Shown: piece after piece, positions 42,745 to 55,496 of the stretch
Layout of the letters: each line of letters opens with the position of its first letter
Position numbering within the stretch: the first letter of the stretch is position 1
Assembly: GCA_904063045.1 (NCBI GenBank)
Contig: CAJFCJ010000018.1
Span: 744,001-808,000, forward strand
Origin: Dimorphilus gyrociliatus
Lineage: Eukaryota; Animalia; Annelida
Length of the DNA stretch: 64,000 nucleotides
Direction of reading: 5' to 3'
Notes under the pieces: generated by a model
Databases searched by the model: none
What the model was told of the DNA's origin: nothing
The model's input: the letters and a program-made list of their open reading frames with translations, nothing else
Made by a program: the position numbers and the translations under genes

Positions 42745-43498
42745 GTTTATCTGAACCTCCGTCTCTCCGTATCTTTCCCTCTCTCTCTCTCTTCCACCAT
42801 CATCCTTTCATATTTGCATCTGTCTCTGCTTGAATCTGTCTCTCAATCATAGACCGTTAAAATCTGAGCTAAAACAACCAGCAGATGTTGGTCAATGTAA
42901 AAATATTCTTTAAGGCTTTTGATTAACGATCTTCAAAGAAAAATGTTTACATCAAAAAACTGTGATTAAGTTTTTTTTAGCAGGATTCCAATTCTTGTTT
43001 GTAAGTATAGGACTAAGCTCAACGACTTTACAGTAGTTTCCGGTTTACTTTTTGTGATTAATACGTCGTGATATCCGACATAGGTCTAAGAAGTTGCACG
43101 ATCATTGTAAACTTTTTATTAGTAAGGCAGATGAACTTAGTTCTTGAAATGATTTTTTCCGTGATTACTAGTAAAAGAGGTATTTTGCATTTTTTTTATC
43201 TTTATTACAGAAGATTAATAATATCTCGTGAGTGTTTTAGTCATATTCTTATAGTCCATATATATATTAGTATATATATATATATTTGTATTATTATTAT
43301 TGTTATGAAAGCTAGCTATTTAATATTCATAAATGTCCTGCGTTTTAAAAGGCCTATATATTATATAACATAAACGTTATTAGGAGCATTCGTCGGTTGG
43401 ACGCGTTTTATGCCATTTGAAATATTGCGATCGTTTTACACTATAGAAAAAAAGAAAAAGTTTTCAAAGAAATTTGTCGATCTCCAGGAGATATATAT

Positions 43499-43504
<6 letters not shown>

Positions 43505-43532
<28 letters not shown>
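43505..43532. repeat. (TA)14 microsatellite
   Basis: Direct reading. Confidence 0.9.
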
Positions 43533-43535
<3 letters not shown>

Positions 43536-43736
43536 TATATATTACTATACGCTTTCGTATAAATACTTTAATTGATTAATTAATTAATTAATTGCTTTTT
43601 TTTTTAAATCAACAAAAGTGAAATAGATATTTTCTATATTCTGTTTTGCTTTACGATAAATAAAAGATAAATATTTTTTTTATAAAAAAAAATAATAACA
43701 AAATAATATTAAAGTTAATTAAAGTAGATACGATAG

Positions 43737-43820
43737 TATATATATATATAAACATATATATATATACTTATATATATATATATATATATATGTGTGTATA
43801 TTTATATTTATATATACACA
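43737..43820. repeat. Compound TA/TG microsatellite
   Basis: Direct reading. Confidence 0.85.
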
Positions 43821-43929
43821 TGTATATTAATAATTTACGCGAAAAAAAGGAAGGTAACAGTGGTTTTTTTTCTTTATAAAAACAATAATTTATATTCTTA
43901 TTGTATCTTTTATTTTTCTCTTAAATAGA

Positions 43930-46265
43930 ATGGAAGTTGTCTGGCATTGCTCTTTCAATAATCTCTTTAATGAATTTTGGTACAACTATTACCATCAATG
44001 GCACCTAAAGCCAACAAGAAATCCGGTTGATATTAATAAAAATCCAGAATGGAATATGTTCAGGGACAGCGCAAAAGTAAGGTTTAATTGTCAACGATGT
44101 GGCCATGGTTGGACTAGTATGAAGGGACGAGTTGTTTTTTGGTTCTGGCTCGATCCAAATGACTATCAGCCATTAGATTGCTATGGTAGAGCATTTCATT
44201 CGGGTATTGTTTACTTTAAACTATACGGACAAAAATGCCAAAACTGTATGGATGGAAAGAGGTTCGAGGCCGCTATGTGGTATCCAGAGGAGGTTCAAAA
44301 GGTTCGTAGACCCATGTTTTTAAAATCTCCTTCAAGTGCCTGTCAGCATGTTAAATTTATACCTAAATCAAACAGTAAACTAAGAGTAACAGGTTGATCT
44401 GTCTTAATAACAATCTTTCGTTAAAACCAACTTGTGCGGTTAACATCAAAGGCTTATGCCTTTAGAATGTTGATATAAATGTTTCTAAATATATTTAAAA
44501 AGAGTGTTGTTTGCTCGTCGCTATATAGAAAGAAGGGTTAAAAATTTTTAACGTCCCTAAATTATTAGCATGTTTGTCTTTTCTTCGATTTAGTTACATT
44601 AATTATATCAATTACGAAGAAGACGACACCAAATTGCAAATGTTACGCAATGTTTCATGATAAATTTAGAGATTAGATAATTCTTTTTAGTTTGATACTT
44701 CTCTTCCACTGTTGGTGTTTTTATATCAAAGAGGGAGAGAGAGAGAGAGAGAGTGAAAGAGATAGCAGTTATAGAAGGCCATTTTCAAATAAAAGACGAG
44801 GACTTTCTCTACGGTTTATTATAACAAGGGAAAACTTAAAATACGCGACTAGGATAATAGAAAAGGTTTGTTGTAAGGTCAACATTAAATTTTAGACGAA
44901 AATAAATGTTGTTTTGAATAGTAAAAGAAGAGAATGAAATAAATATTGAGTATCTTTAAAGGGAAAAGATTTGTATGATAGAGAAAATAACAAATAATTC
45001 TTTAAAAAGAAGTTTCACGGAAATACGTATAAGAGTAAACAAGAAATAGCTGTTATAAGAGTAAATAATAGGATTGTAGATCATACAAGTCGATTTAGAT
45101 AGGATAGATAATTTCTTTATTCTTTCTGTTAGATGAATGATAAATAGCTCTTCTAAATGATTTTCTTTATTCCCTGTTTGTTGGATGAGTTAGAGATTAG
45201 ACTATAATCACTAGATTATTTCTTGTTTTTACTTAACTGTAGAAAGGTGACAGAGAGGAGAAAAGAAGATATTACGACATAAAAAGTGAATAAAAGAATA
45301 GGCTGATTTAATGACAGTTTTTATTTGAGAATGAGATTTGGACGGTTGTTTTAAGAGAGTGGAATTATTAACTTTTTTAAATTTTGTGATGAGAATCTCA
45401 TACGTTTCAGTCGTTTGTTTACTTTGAGATATTGACTGGGATAGAAAGGGTGGGCGTTCTTTTTGAAGGTCAGGCGGGGGTGCACACCGTTGAACACCTA
45501 TAGCGTATCCTATTGTAGATACGTTTAGTATTAAAGATTCTTTAACGTGTAGTTTTATGTGAAAACATTTCCGTCTTCGATTCGTATTGTGTGAAATTAA
45601 TAATAATGCAGTTTGTTATCGCCTCTCCGCAGAAAGCATATTGAGTTGTATAGGATTAAATACCTAAAGAAAAGATAAAAGAATTTATTGTTCCTTTTTG
45701 AATCATAATAATATAAATTAGTATAGGGATCAGAATAATTCTCAGACGATGAACCTAAATATTTGCAGGGTCATTTTATCAGTGTTTAAGGATTTATTTG
45801 AACGATGTCATAGTTGCTTTTATATACTGTCTTAATGTGATTTTTATTGCTATTCAATATTTGACTTTTCTTATCGAAACAAACTTTCTATTAAATAAAT
45901 CTAAGCATCTAACTTTTTGTAATATAAGTTTGAATTGAATGATAAAAGAAATATTTTGACTTCCATACCTATTGATAAGCCCTAAGGGACATAGTTGAAT
46001 ATTCACTGAATAATTCATTTTTAGCAAGCTTTAAATAATCCCCTCCCTAAGCCTATTACAAGGTATTCAAACGATAAATACTAAATGTCTATATCCGTTA
46101 CAGGTGCTTCAGAATATTCATCAACGGGTCGGTCAAATATATTATGGTTTTACCCAATCAATCTTAAGATTGGACAGACGAGCTGGAAAACCGAGACAGC
46201 AACACAATTCCAGCCTTTGCCAAGCTTGTCAAGAAGGAGGAATTTGTTACGAAGGAACAAATTGA
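43930..46265 (+). CDS. 3CxxC zinc-finger protein (receptor-transporting protein/RTP-like), 2 coding exons
   Basis: Exon 43930-44301 has FRDSAKVRFNCQRCGHGWTS and KLYGQKCQNC. After a 1.8-kb intron, exon 46104-46265 (absent in this frame from the ORF track) reads VLQNIHQRVGQIYYG...QHNSSLCQACQEGGIC. Confidence 0.88.
44735..44753. repeat. (GA)9 microsatellite
   Basis: Direct reading, in the RTP-like intron. Confidence 0.85.
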
Positions 46266-46724
46266 TTTAGTTAACATTTTTATTATATTTTTTTTTTAAA
46301 ACATATTTTTGTAAGGTTATTTATAAATACATCTAGAGCTTTGAGTACAGAATGAGATATGTAGACAATTTTTTTAAAAAAAGAAATTAGCCTACATTAT
46401 TAATTATCGCTTTAAGATAGCACCATATGTCGTTGCCAATAAAAATGCTCTTAACAAAATCTATAAAACATTTAAACAAATACAATATACAAAAATTCTT
46501 TCTCTTTTGATATGTACGTTAAAATATAAAAGCATGATATGTTTTTTTTTGTTTCCCCAAATTTTCCTATTTCTTGCAATCACCTTTGCACGATTTCGAT
46601 AATATCTTTAACATTTGATTGCGAAATAATAAAAAACAAAAATCAAAAAAACTTTAACAATTGGTAGTGGTAGAGACGAAATTAGAAGAAGAAAAAAAAT
46701 AACAGAACATGTTAGAACGTTGAT

Positions 46725-49700
46725 TTAGATCAGTCTTTCTTCGGGGGGAGGTTTCAGTACATTATTCATATCAACTCTTGAACCATTAACTTCCTGTTTT
46801 GAAGGGCTATACACGCCTCTGTCTGCTCTTTTCTTACGTGCAATCAGGATCAATATAATAGTCACTGTTAAAAATGAGAAAAACAATTTTTAATATATGT
46901 ATGGTATGCTCAAATCAATACAGTTTTATTTACTATATTTAATACAGACTTTTTAATATGAGATTAATTTACTACTAGGTCGTTAAATATATAAAACAAT
47001 AAAAAAAGCATGATTACCAATTAATAGTATAAGGCACAAAACACCAAAAACTGATCCCAATATTATAGAAATTTTAGGACCATCAGATTTCTGTAGGTAA
47101 ACGTAAGTGTTAATTTTAACTAATATTAACAACTGTTAGCAAAAATTTCAAGGTTTGAACATATGAAGCAAGGAATTCTGAATAATACATGTTAGCACGA
47201 TAGTAAAGCTAGTCTTCTAGTAAAATAGTAAAACATACTGTTTCTTTCCAAAAAGAAACAATTTAAACTCATAAAATATATAAAAATCATACATAGTGCA
47301 ATCAGGCATAGTAGAATAGAAACGACCGACAAGCCTGCGATTAGGCCAACATTTTCATCGGTCGCCTTGGTTGAAACCTCTCGAAGCTGTGCAAGAATTT
47401 TTATAAAATAGATACTTTTTTTTAACTGAAAAACCTTTATGATATTGAAATTAATATCTTAACATAATTAATTTAATATCTAATCTGGACGATAGTTTTG
47501 CTGTTATATTTTTGAGATATTGGGCAATAAGGATAATATTTAATCTACTCACCTTAGTTTGGCATTTATTTCCTTCCCAGCCTGATAAGATAAAGAATTA
47601 TTTTAGTTCTTCTGCTATTTAATCAATAATCTCTGTTCCTTATAAATATATAAATACCTTCAAAACAATTGCATTTAGGAATGGCATCAACAGGTGTACA
47701 GTTTCCATTTCCATTACAATTTTCATCAGCGCAAGGATTCCGTATTTGGCATTTAGGTCCCATATAATCAGCAGTACAGGTACAATTATAACTTCCTATT
47801 ATGTTGCTACATGTTCCTCCATTACTGCAAAACCCACTAGTAAGACATTCATTTACATCTCTAGTGCAATTCTTTCCCATGTAACCAGTTGCAGTACAGT
47901 TACATGTATACTCGTTCAAACCGTCAATACATGTCCCTCCATTTTGACAGGGATTTATTAAGCATTCGTCAATATTTTCGTCGCAGTTTGTGGATGTCCA
48001 TCCTGCAGCGCAATTACATTTATAAGAACCTATTGAATTCACACAAGTCGCTCCATTTTTGCAGATTTCATTCTTGCATTCATCAACATCCTCAGTACAG
48101 TTAACTCCTTGATAAAACTGAGTGCATTGGCAAGAATAGTTACCAGGAAGATTCGTACATGTTCCTGAATTTTCACAAGGGTTTTGTTCGCATTCATTAA
48201 TATCCTCGTCACAATTGAAGCCTTTCCATCCTTCACGACATGAACATTCATAGGCGTTCACTAAGTTATTGCACTTTGCACCATTTTTACATGGATTCGT
48301 TTCACATTCGTCTATATCTTCGTCGCAAAGAGCTGATGTAAATCCAGGAAAGCAGTTGCACGTATAATTGAATGTAGTTTTGTCATTCTCACACGTTCCG
48401 TTCTTACATGGATTGTTATATTTGAGACAATAATCAATTTCCTGATCGCAGTGACGGCCTTCGAAACCATTAGCACATTCACACTTCCATTGAAAGAAAT
48501 CAGTTAATGTCGATGTACAAGTAGATCCATTTCGACATATATCAACTGTATTGCAGTCACTTTTCGGTGAATACTGGCACCTATGGCCAGTTACATTCTC
48601 ATTCGGGCATGTACAATTGAAACCTAGAAGTAGATCGGTGCAAGTTCCATTATTGAGGCAGGCCTTCTCATTCGTATTATTTTTATACAATTCGCAATAG
48701 TCAATGTCATTTTCACACCTGAATTTTGTTAAAAAACAAAACAAAATAAGTAGACATGTTATATCCACAGCCCTTCTAATTGTCATATTTTCAATTTAGA
48801 GTCTAATTGATTGTCATAACAACGAAACCGACACATTTTCATTAACTAAGAGGATCAGAATCTAAATAATCAATTGCCATACCAAAGGCTACTGATAAGG
48901 TAGAGAAAAATTACTAGTTGAAACAGTTCTGTTTTGCGATATACGAACTCTGTTATCGATTAATGTTATAAAGAAAATTACCGATCGATGATATAGGCTA
49001 AAAAAATCTACGCGTATATGAATCATCAGTGCAACGTGAAAAAACTATAGTATCACATTTAGCTGTTTCTAAAAGGGAATAAAATATCAGTATTTTTTTT
49101 TTTTACAAAAAGTAGAATCTCTTATGAGTGAAGTATTTTAGTAACAGAATTTTTTCCTTAATTACTTTTTAGGATAATTAGCCTATTGATATCCTGAAAA
49201 TTTACAACTGCTTTCTTTCATTTAATGTTGATATTAAGGACTCGTATTGTTTTTTTATGGCTAAATATATTTGGATAATAGTGTGTAAAGGTGCTTACCT
49301 CTTTCCAGTATATCCTGGAGAGCAAGTACATTGAAAATTTCCTGGAAGATTTAAACAAGTTGCTCCGTTCTCACAGATATTTGAATTACATTCGTTTTTA
49401 TCTTTCGAACAATTCTGTCCCTCCCAACCATTCTCACATGAGCAGCTATACTGATAAAAATTATCTGAACATTTTCCATAAACGCATGGGGATGGACTAC
49501 ACATATTTGGAGGATTGCAACCCATACTTATTGCTGATGAATCAGCTAATTTATACAGGGAACTTAATCCAGGTTGATTTTGGATCCATGATAATAACTC
49601 ATCGCCTAAATATAATTGACCCATACAGCCTTGATAATTCTCGCCAACAACTATTTCAGCTTCGTCTTTGGCAAGATTATTGAGTATTGTTTCATTTTTG

Positions 49701-52700
49701 ATTCTATCGCAAACTTCTCCTTCATAAGTTATTCCATTATCGCTAAATGTAAGTTTAATTTCTCTCCATTCACCGTCCAATAGAGAACTTTTAAAAGCGC
49801 ACTGAGCGGATTGATAAATTAGAATAATTTCTTCTAAGTTTACCCTTAACTGAAATTCTGTTTGACTGTTAGTCATTTTAAAAAGAGTTGATGGAGTTCG
49901 ACTTCGAAATTCAATTTGTAGAGTATTTTTTAGTTGCGCAAATTGTCTTTGAGTATCATACTTAAAAATCACAGATTTCTCAAGAGTTGTATTAGCTACA
50001 CAATAAAATCCTCCAGAAGATGGCCTGTTTTGGCAAGCAGTATCTGGAATATCTTTACAAGGGTCTTCAAAACAAAAATCATTGATGTTGCAGATTTTTC
50101 CTGTCCAATCTCTTTTGCATGTACAATGGTAGTCATCATAGAATATATTTGTACAATTTAATGTGTTAGTTGAATTGCAAACATTTTGGTCACATTTGTC
50201 TGCTGTTACTTCGCCATATTCAATTTGTCCACTTGAGGTTTCCGGGATGAAAGAGTCATTGAAAAATTTTTGTAATAATGGAGAATCATGAAGTAGAAGT
50301 AGCTTTTCGTTTAGGCGGATATCTTGAATGCTAACTTTGGATTGTGGCCTTATTTTAATCAAGATATTGCTTAATACTCTTCGAGAAATATCTACAGTTG
50401 TAAAGTAACTGTCCACTTTAACATTTAACTTTCCATTGTCGCTTATTGCTATAGTTATGAAATGACTCTTTCCATCTGCAAAGTCTCTTGAAATTAAGCC
50501 TTTCTCATTGAAATTAAGAATTGAACGATTCATATAAAAATTATAATTAAATTGACTTATCTCCAAAGTTATTAGATCTAAGTTTGTTGATCTTGTCCGA
50601 AAATAAAATGAGATTTCTAAGTTTGAAGCCTTAAAATTATCAATACGATATTGAATGGATGTACTATCATAAAAAGTCAGAGCTGATACTTCAAATTCGC
50701 AGTTTCTTCCAACAAAAGGTCTATTACAAATGCATTGAAAGTCAAACCATAAATCCTGACATAAACCTCTACCCAAACACGTATCATTTCTGCATTGAAC
50801 TTTCCGTGGACAAGTTTGAGCACCCTGAGGAGCCTCTATGTATTTCTTTACTCTTTCTGCTTTTTCACTAGGGTAAATATAAACACCACTCATACAACCA
50901 ACGAAGCATTCCGTTGGACATTCCCATGCTCCACCAAAAGTCATATCATTCATTTCAACATTTTTGCTAGGAAAATGTTCCGTTGTTGTTATATTTACTC
51001 CATCAGTTATCAATTGTAGTTCTAAAAAGGACGGTCTAATTTCAAAGGAAATAAAATTTTCTACGCCGTTTGCAATATTTTTGTTGGCATCAATAGAAAT
51101 TGTGACTTCGCCCAATTTTCCAACTAATGAGTAAGAATCATTTAAAAGGAGATTAACTGACAATCCGGATGATAGTGCACCAAATAATGTTCGACCAGTT
51201 ATGGTAGTGCGAAACCAGAATTCTATTTTTACTCCAGAAGCAGGTATTCCCGTTGGTTTTCCTCTACCCTCTGTCCTCCAGGCTGATTCACCATCAAACG
51301 ATACAACAGCTGAACGTTCGCAAATTTGACCAGTTGTTTCCTTGTTACAGTCGCAGTCAAAGGAATCATCAATTCCGCCTCTAAAAGAAGGTAAACATAT
51401 GCCAGATCCGCAGGGATTCCCATTTTTGCATCCAATAAGTTCAGTTGAGCAATTCTTGTCACCAAAATACATATTTAGCTTATTTGGATATGGACAATGG
51501 CAAGTGTAATCGTTTATGCCATCCTCACAAGTTCCGCCGTTCAGACACGGTTCATAGAGTAGGCATTCATTAATATTTTCTTCACAATATCTTCCAGTAA
51601 AACCACTTTTACAAACGCATTCGTAACCGTTTACCTTGTCTACACAAAGACCATTTTCGGAACACATATGATTTATACAGTCGTTGATTTCTTCTTTACA
51701 GAGTGTCCCTGTAAAGCCAGGAAGACAGGAACACGAGAAACCAGCTCGTTCATCTGGTGGACTTTCGGGTGATTTTTGTTGGCATATGGCTTTGTTGAAG
51801 CAGGGATTGCTTTGGCATTCGTCTACATCAATTTCACAGTTCTTTCCATTAAAACCAATTTTGCAAATGCATTTATAATTATTGATTTCATTGATACATT
51901 GTCCCTCATTTTGACAGGGGTTACTCTTGCAATTATCGATTAGCTTTTCGCAATTTTCCCCCTCGTAACCAGTTCCAGAACAATTGCATTCATACCTGTA
52001 CAAAAGAACAAAAAAAAAAAAATATAGTATATTTCGATTAATCTATAAGGATTAAAGCGATGAGAAAAAAATTGAATCTAGGAACAAGACAGATCATCTC
52101 TCGATAATAGATCCGCTTTAATCATGTATTAAAATGGTAACTAATCCCCTAGAAATGTATTCTCAAATAGCTATGACACGTGCATTTAATATGTTATCGA
52201 ATTTCACTCCATTTCTCTATCTCCTTTAGTACGCTATCAAAAATGTTTTTAGGTTGTTTAATCTTAATAATCTATAAAAGCATATATCTTACACATTAAC
52301 ATTTTTTTGTTGCCTTAAAGGAGAAACGAGAAACTTACAAGATTAACAAAAAAACATATTCCTAAACCTCACTAAACGATTATTATCAATATAACAAAAG
52401 CGTTTATTTTAGATGTTATTGCATGTTAAACTTGTTATATCGTTTACCTAGTCCTATTGGTAGTCCGGGTTAAATTCGTTTCTAAAGTTCTGTAAAAAGA
52501 AGGGTTTGAAGCTGGATGTGAAATTTAACATGCAGAGAAAATTGATTTATTTCGAAGGATAGAAATTGCGCAGCATTAGACCAAGTTATTCACAAGATTT
52601 TATATATAACTTACTTGTTAATTAAATTTTTGCAGGTACCATTTAAACAAGGTGATGATGAACATTCATCTATTTCGGAATTGCATAGTCTTCCTGTATA

Positions 52701-53195
52701 TCCCGCTTGACAAATGCAAATAAATTTGTTAGCTAAGTTTTTACATTCTCCGTTCGACGAACATGGACTACTTGAGCATTCATTAATATCGGTTTCACAT
52801 CTGCTACCAGTAAACCCAGAGGGACACGAGCAGACATATCCCCTTTGGTTTTCATCAGTTATATCGACTGACGTACAGTTTCCGCCGTTCTTACAGGCAG
52901 GAAGGTCTTGTTCTGGTAAAGCTGTACAATATGACTGCTTATACTGGCAATGAATTCCAAGGTAAAACTCTCCTGTCCCTCCAATTTGAGGACAGGAACA
53001 TCTATTATTTATACAGGTCCCATTATTTAGGCAATATAAATGGGCTGTGGCCTTTGCGCAGATATTTTCGGTGCACGTGGCTCCCGATCTAGTTACATTG
53101 AATATCTGTCCTCCGTATTTCGTTAGATCGTAGCGCTTTGGTTCACAATCTGCATTAGGAAAGAAAATGAGCTTACATTTAGCACCAGGACGCAT
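46725..53195 (-). CDS. crb: Crumbs (EGF repeats, 3 laminin-G domains, TM, FERM- and PDZ-binding tail); 5' end unresolved
   Basis: The last exon, 46864-46725, encodes [37 protein letters not shown], with the diagnostic GxY and ERLI motifs. Other exons: ~53160-52615, 51995-49299, 48718-47658, 47581-47553, then TM exon A (47386-47293) or TM exon B (47090-47018). Confidence 0.93.
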
Positions 53196-55496
53196 TGTGG
53201 AAATTGCTATTTTATTAAATTTTACGAATTACAAAAAGAACTTTATATATAGCTCTAATATATCAATAAAAATTGCTTTTGACCTCTACTCTATTACTTT
53301 TAATTCATAAAGTATTATATACAATCGAATTACATCATATGGAGATTCAGGTGTGTGACTATCGTTTATTTGTTTATAAAAGAGAAGTAAGTGAAATACT
53401 TACTCTGGTTGAACGTTAATCCTATAAAAAGTTGAAAAACAACGATGAAACAAAGTCGAGAGTCTGTAAGTTAGCAAAAGAAGATTAATTAACAAACTTT
53501 CATATACCTTTGTCCGCCATATTCGCTTAAATTAGTTGAAATAATTTGGCTTTTAGCTCTGTTTAACTCACCTATATTGTAACAAACAACCATTATATAA
53601 TGTCATTAAAGTTAAAAAGCATCCTAAAATCCGTCGCAATTAAAGCTTGTCTATAAAGCACACAAAAATGTTAAAAACAAATACATTCACATCAAACTGT
53701 TTTTACGGAATAGCGAAAATTGTTCCAAAATTAAGTTACCTGTACGGTATCCATATTTACAGGTAAGCATTACAATAGAGCGCAGACACCACCTACAGGC
53801 CTACAACGTGAAAGCAGTCTTAGGTTAAGCTTGTCTGGCTAGTTTAAATGAATGAACAAAGAGTTTTGCGTATTTGAAAGTAGGAAAAAGGATTAAAAAA
53901 TTCAACAGATACTGCAGCAAATAACATAAAAATTGAATAATTAAAATTATTCAAAAGATATTAAACAGTTATAAAATTTAATTATGAAAAAAAAATATGT
54001 CGCCGTTAACTCTAATAAACGACCAAACTGTTTTAAACAGACAAATGTATTCTGTTACTTCTATGCCATATAGATTTTCACAAAGTAAGCCTATATGTAT
54101 GTAATATATACCGCACATATATTATATACATTCAAAAAGGGCAAAAAGAAAAAACAACACCATTTAACCCAAACATACCTACCTGCCATAGAAAATAATG
54201 TAATTTAGACTTCAATAAGGAATCGTATTTCGAAAACTGCATATCTCATTATGATGTACAACTCAGGCAGGAGTTAGACATAAGAATTTTATGAATATTT
54301 ACATATACAATGTAAGTAAGTGTTGTATACAGTAACATCTATAAAGTACTTGTGCAGAAGTTAAATATGTAGTAGTCAATACAATAGTTATGTAACTCAA
54401 TAGTCTTAATAAAGCTATAGTTGATAATCTTTATAAAGTAGTTTTATACAGGCACGTTCCAAAAAAGAACAACTAGACTGTTTACTTATAAAAGTGTATA
54501 TTTATTCTTTCCTTCCCTGTGTTATTTTGTACTTGATCTGAATAGTTTTTAAATATCTTTTTTAAACTGTTAATTAAAATAATAAAAAGATAAGCAAAAC
54601 GTGCAATAGCACCGTTTCAGCGAATATTTTATAGCGTATACTGCACATTTGTATATACTGTATATTAAAAGAGACGAATTAAAGACAAGTAAACTTTGAA
54701 ATCATTAATTATCACGTCGCGAAAGCAGTGTACAGCATATACAGCATACTGTTATATACTAATACATTTATCTATAGATATACAACTTTTTTTTTTACAT
54801 AGTATTCTATATTCAATATAATTTCATATTTATTTACAAATTAATAGTTTATTCGTGTAATTTCATTCACAAAACATATACTTGTAAAGTAGTAAAGAAT
54901 TTTGGTGCAATCTTTATATTAGGTCATAAGCGAAAAATGTTAATAAAAATTGTTAACAATATTTCAAATAGAATAATCTGAACAATCTTCATGATGGACT
55001 AAAATTATTTTTAAAAGAATAATAGAATCGTGATGTAAAAAGTTATTTTTAACTTATTAATTACGTTTCCAATACTATTCTTTGGTAGTGATTCTTTTCT
55101 CTATACCGTTTATTCTAATAACAGTGTTTCAATTCGAAATGTTATTAATTCTAAGAAGTAATATATAATGTACCCTGCATGCTTATACACACTGATATAC
55201 ATACAGTATATTTGTACTAATACATATAAGCAGCTAATTGATTAGAAGCATAATTACTATTTTAGAATGCTTAATTATGGATTTAGGAAATGATATATGG
55301 TTTTTTTACAGCAGTTGTTTCTGTAAAACACAAAAGTAGTCTTTTTTAAGAAACAAATCGATCGATCAAATTTTATTTACACCTTTTTAATTCAAACATT
55401 AACAATCGAACGCTTTTTCTCGACTGTTGTTATAATTGATTAATGGAAGTATGTATTATAAACAAAACTTAATTTCTCTACATTTTCAATACAAAA

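Noticed and set aside
48719-48786. Apparent signal peptide [22 protein letters not shown], suggesting a separate EGF gene
   Set aside because: It is intron sequence ending in the acceptor TTCAG. The upstream exon joins in frame (GYTGKR|CENDIDYC). An internal start cannot be fully excluded.
54300-55490. 1.2 kb of AT-rich DNA between crumbs and NOP2
   Set aside because: I saw no ORF, repeat, terminal inverted repeat or RNA motif. Probably NOP2 3' UTR and crumbs regulatory DNA.
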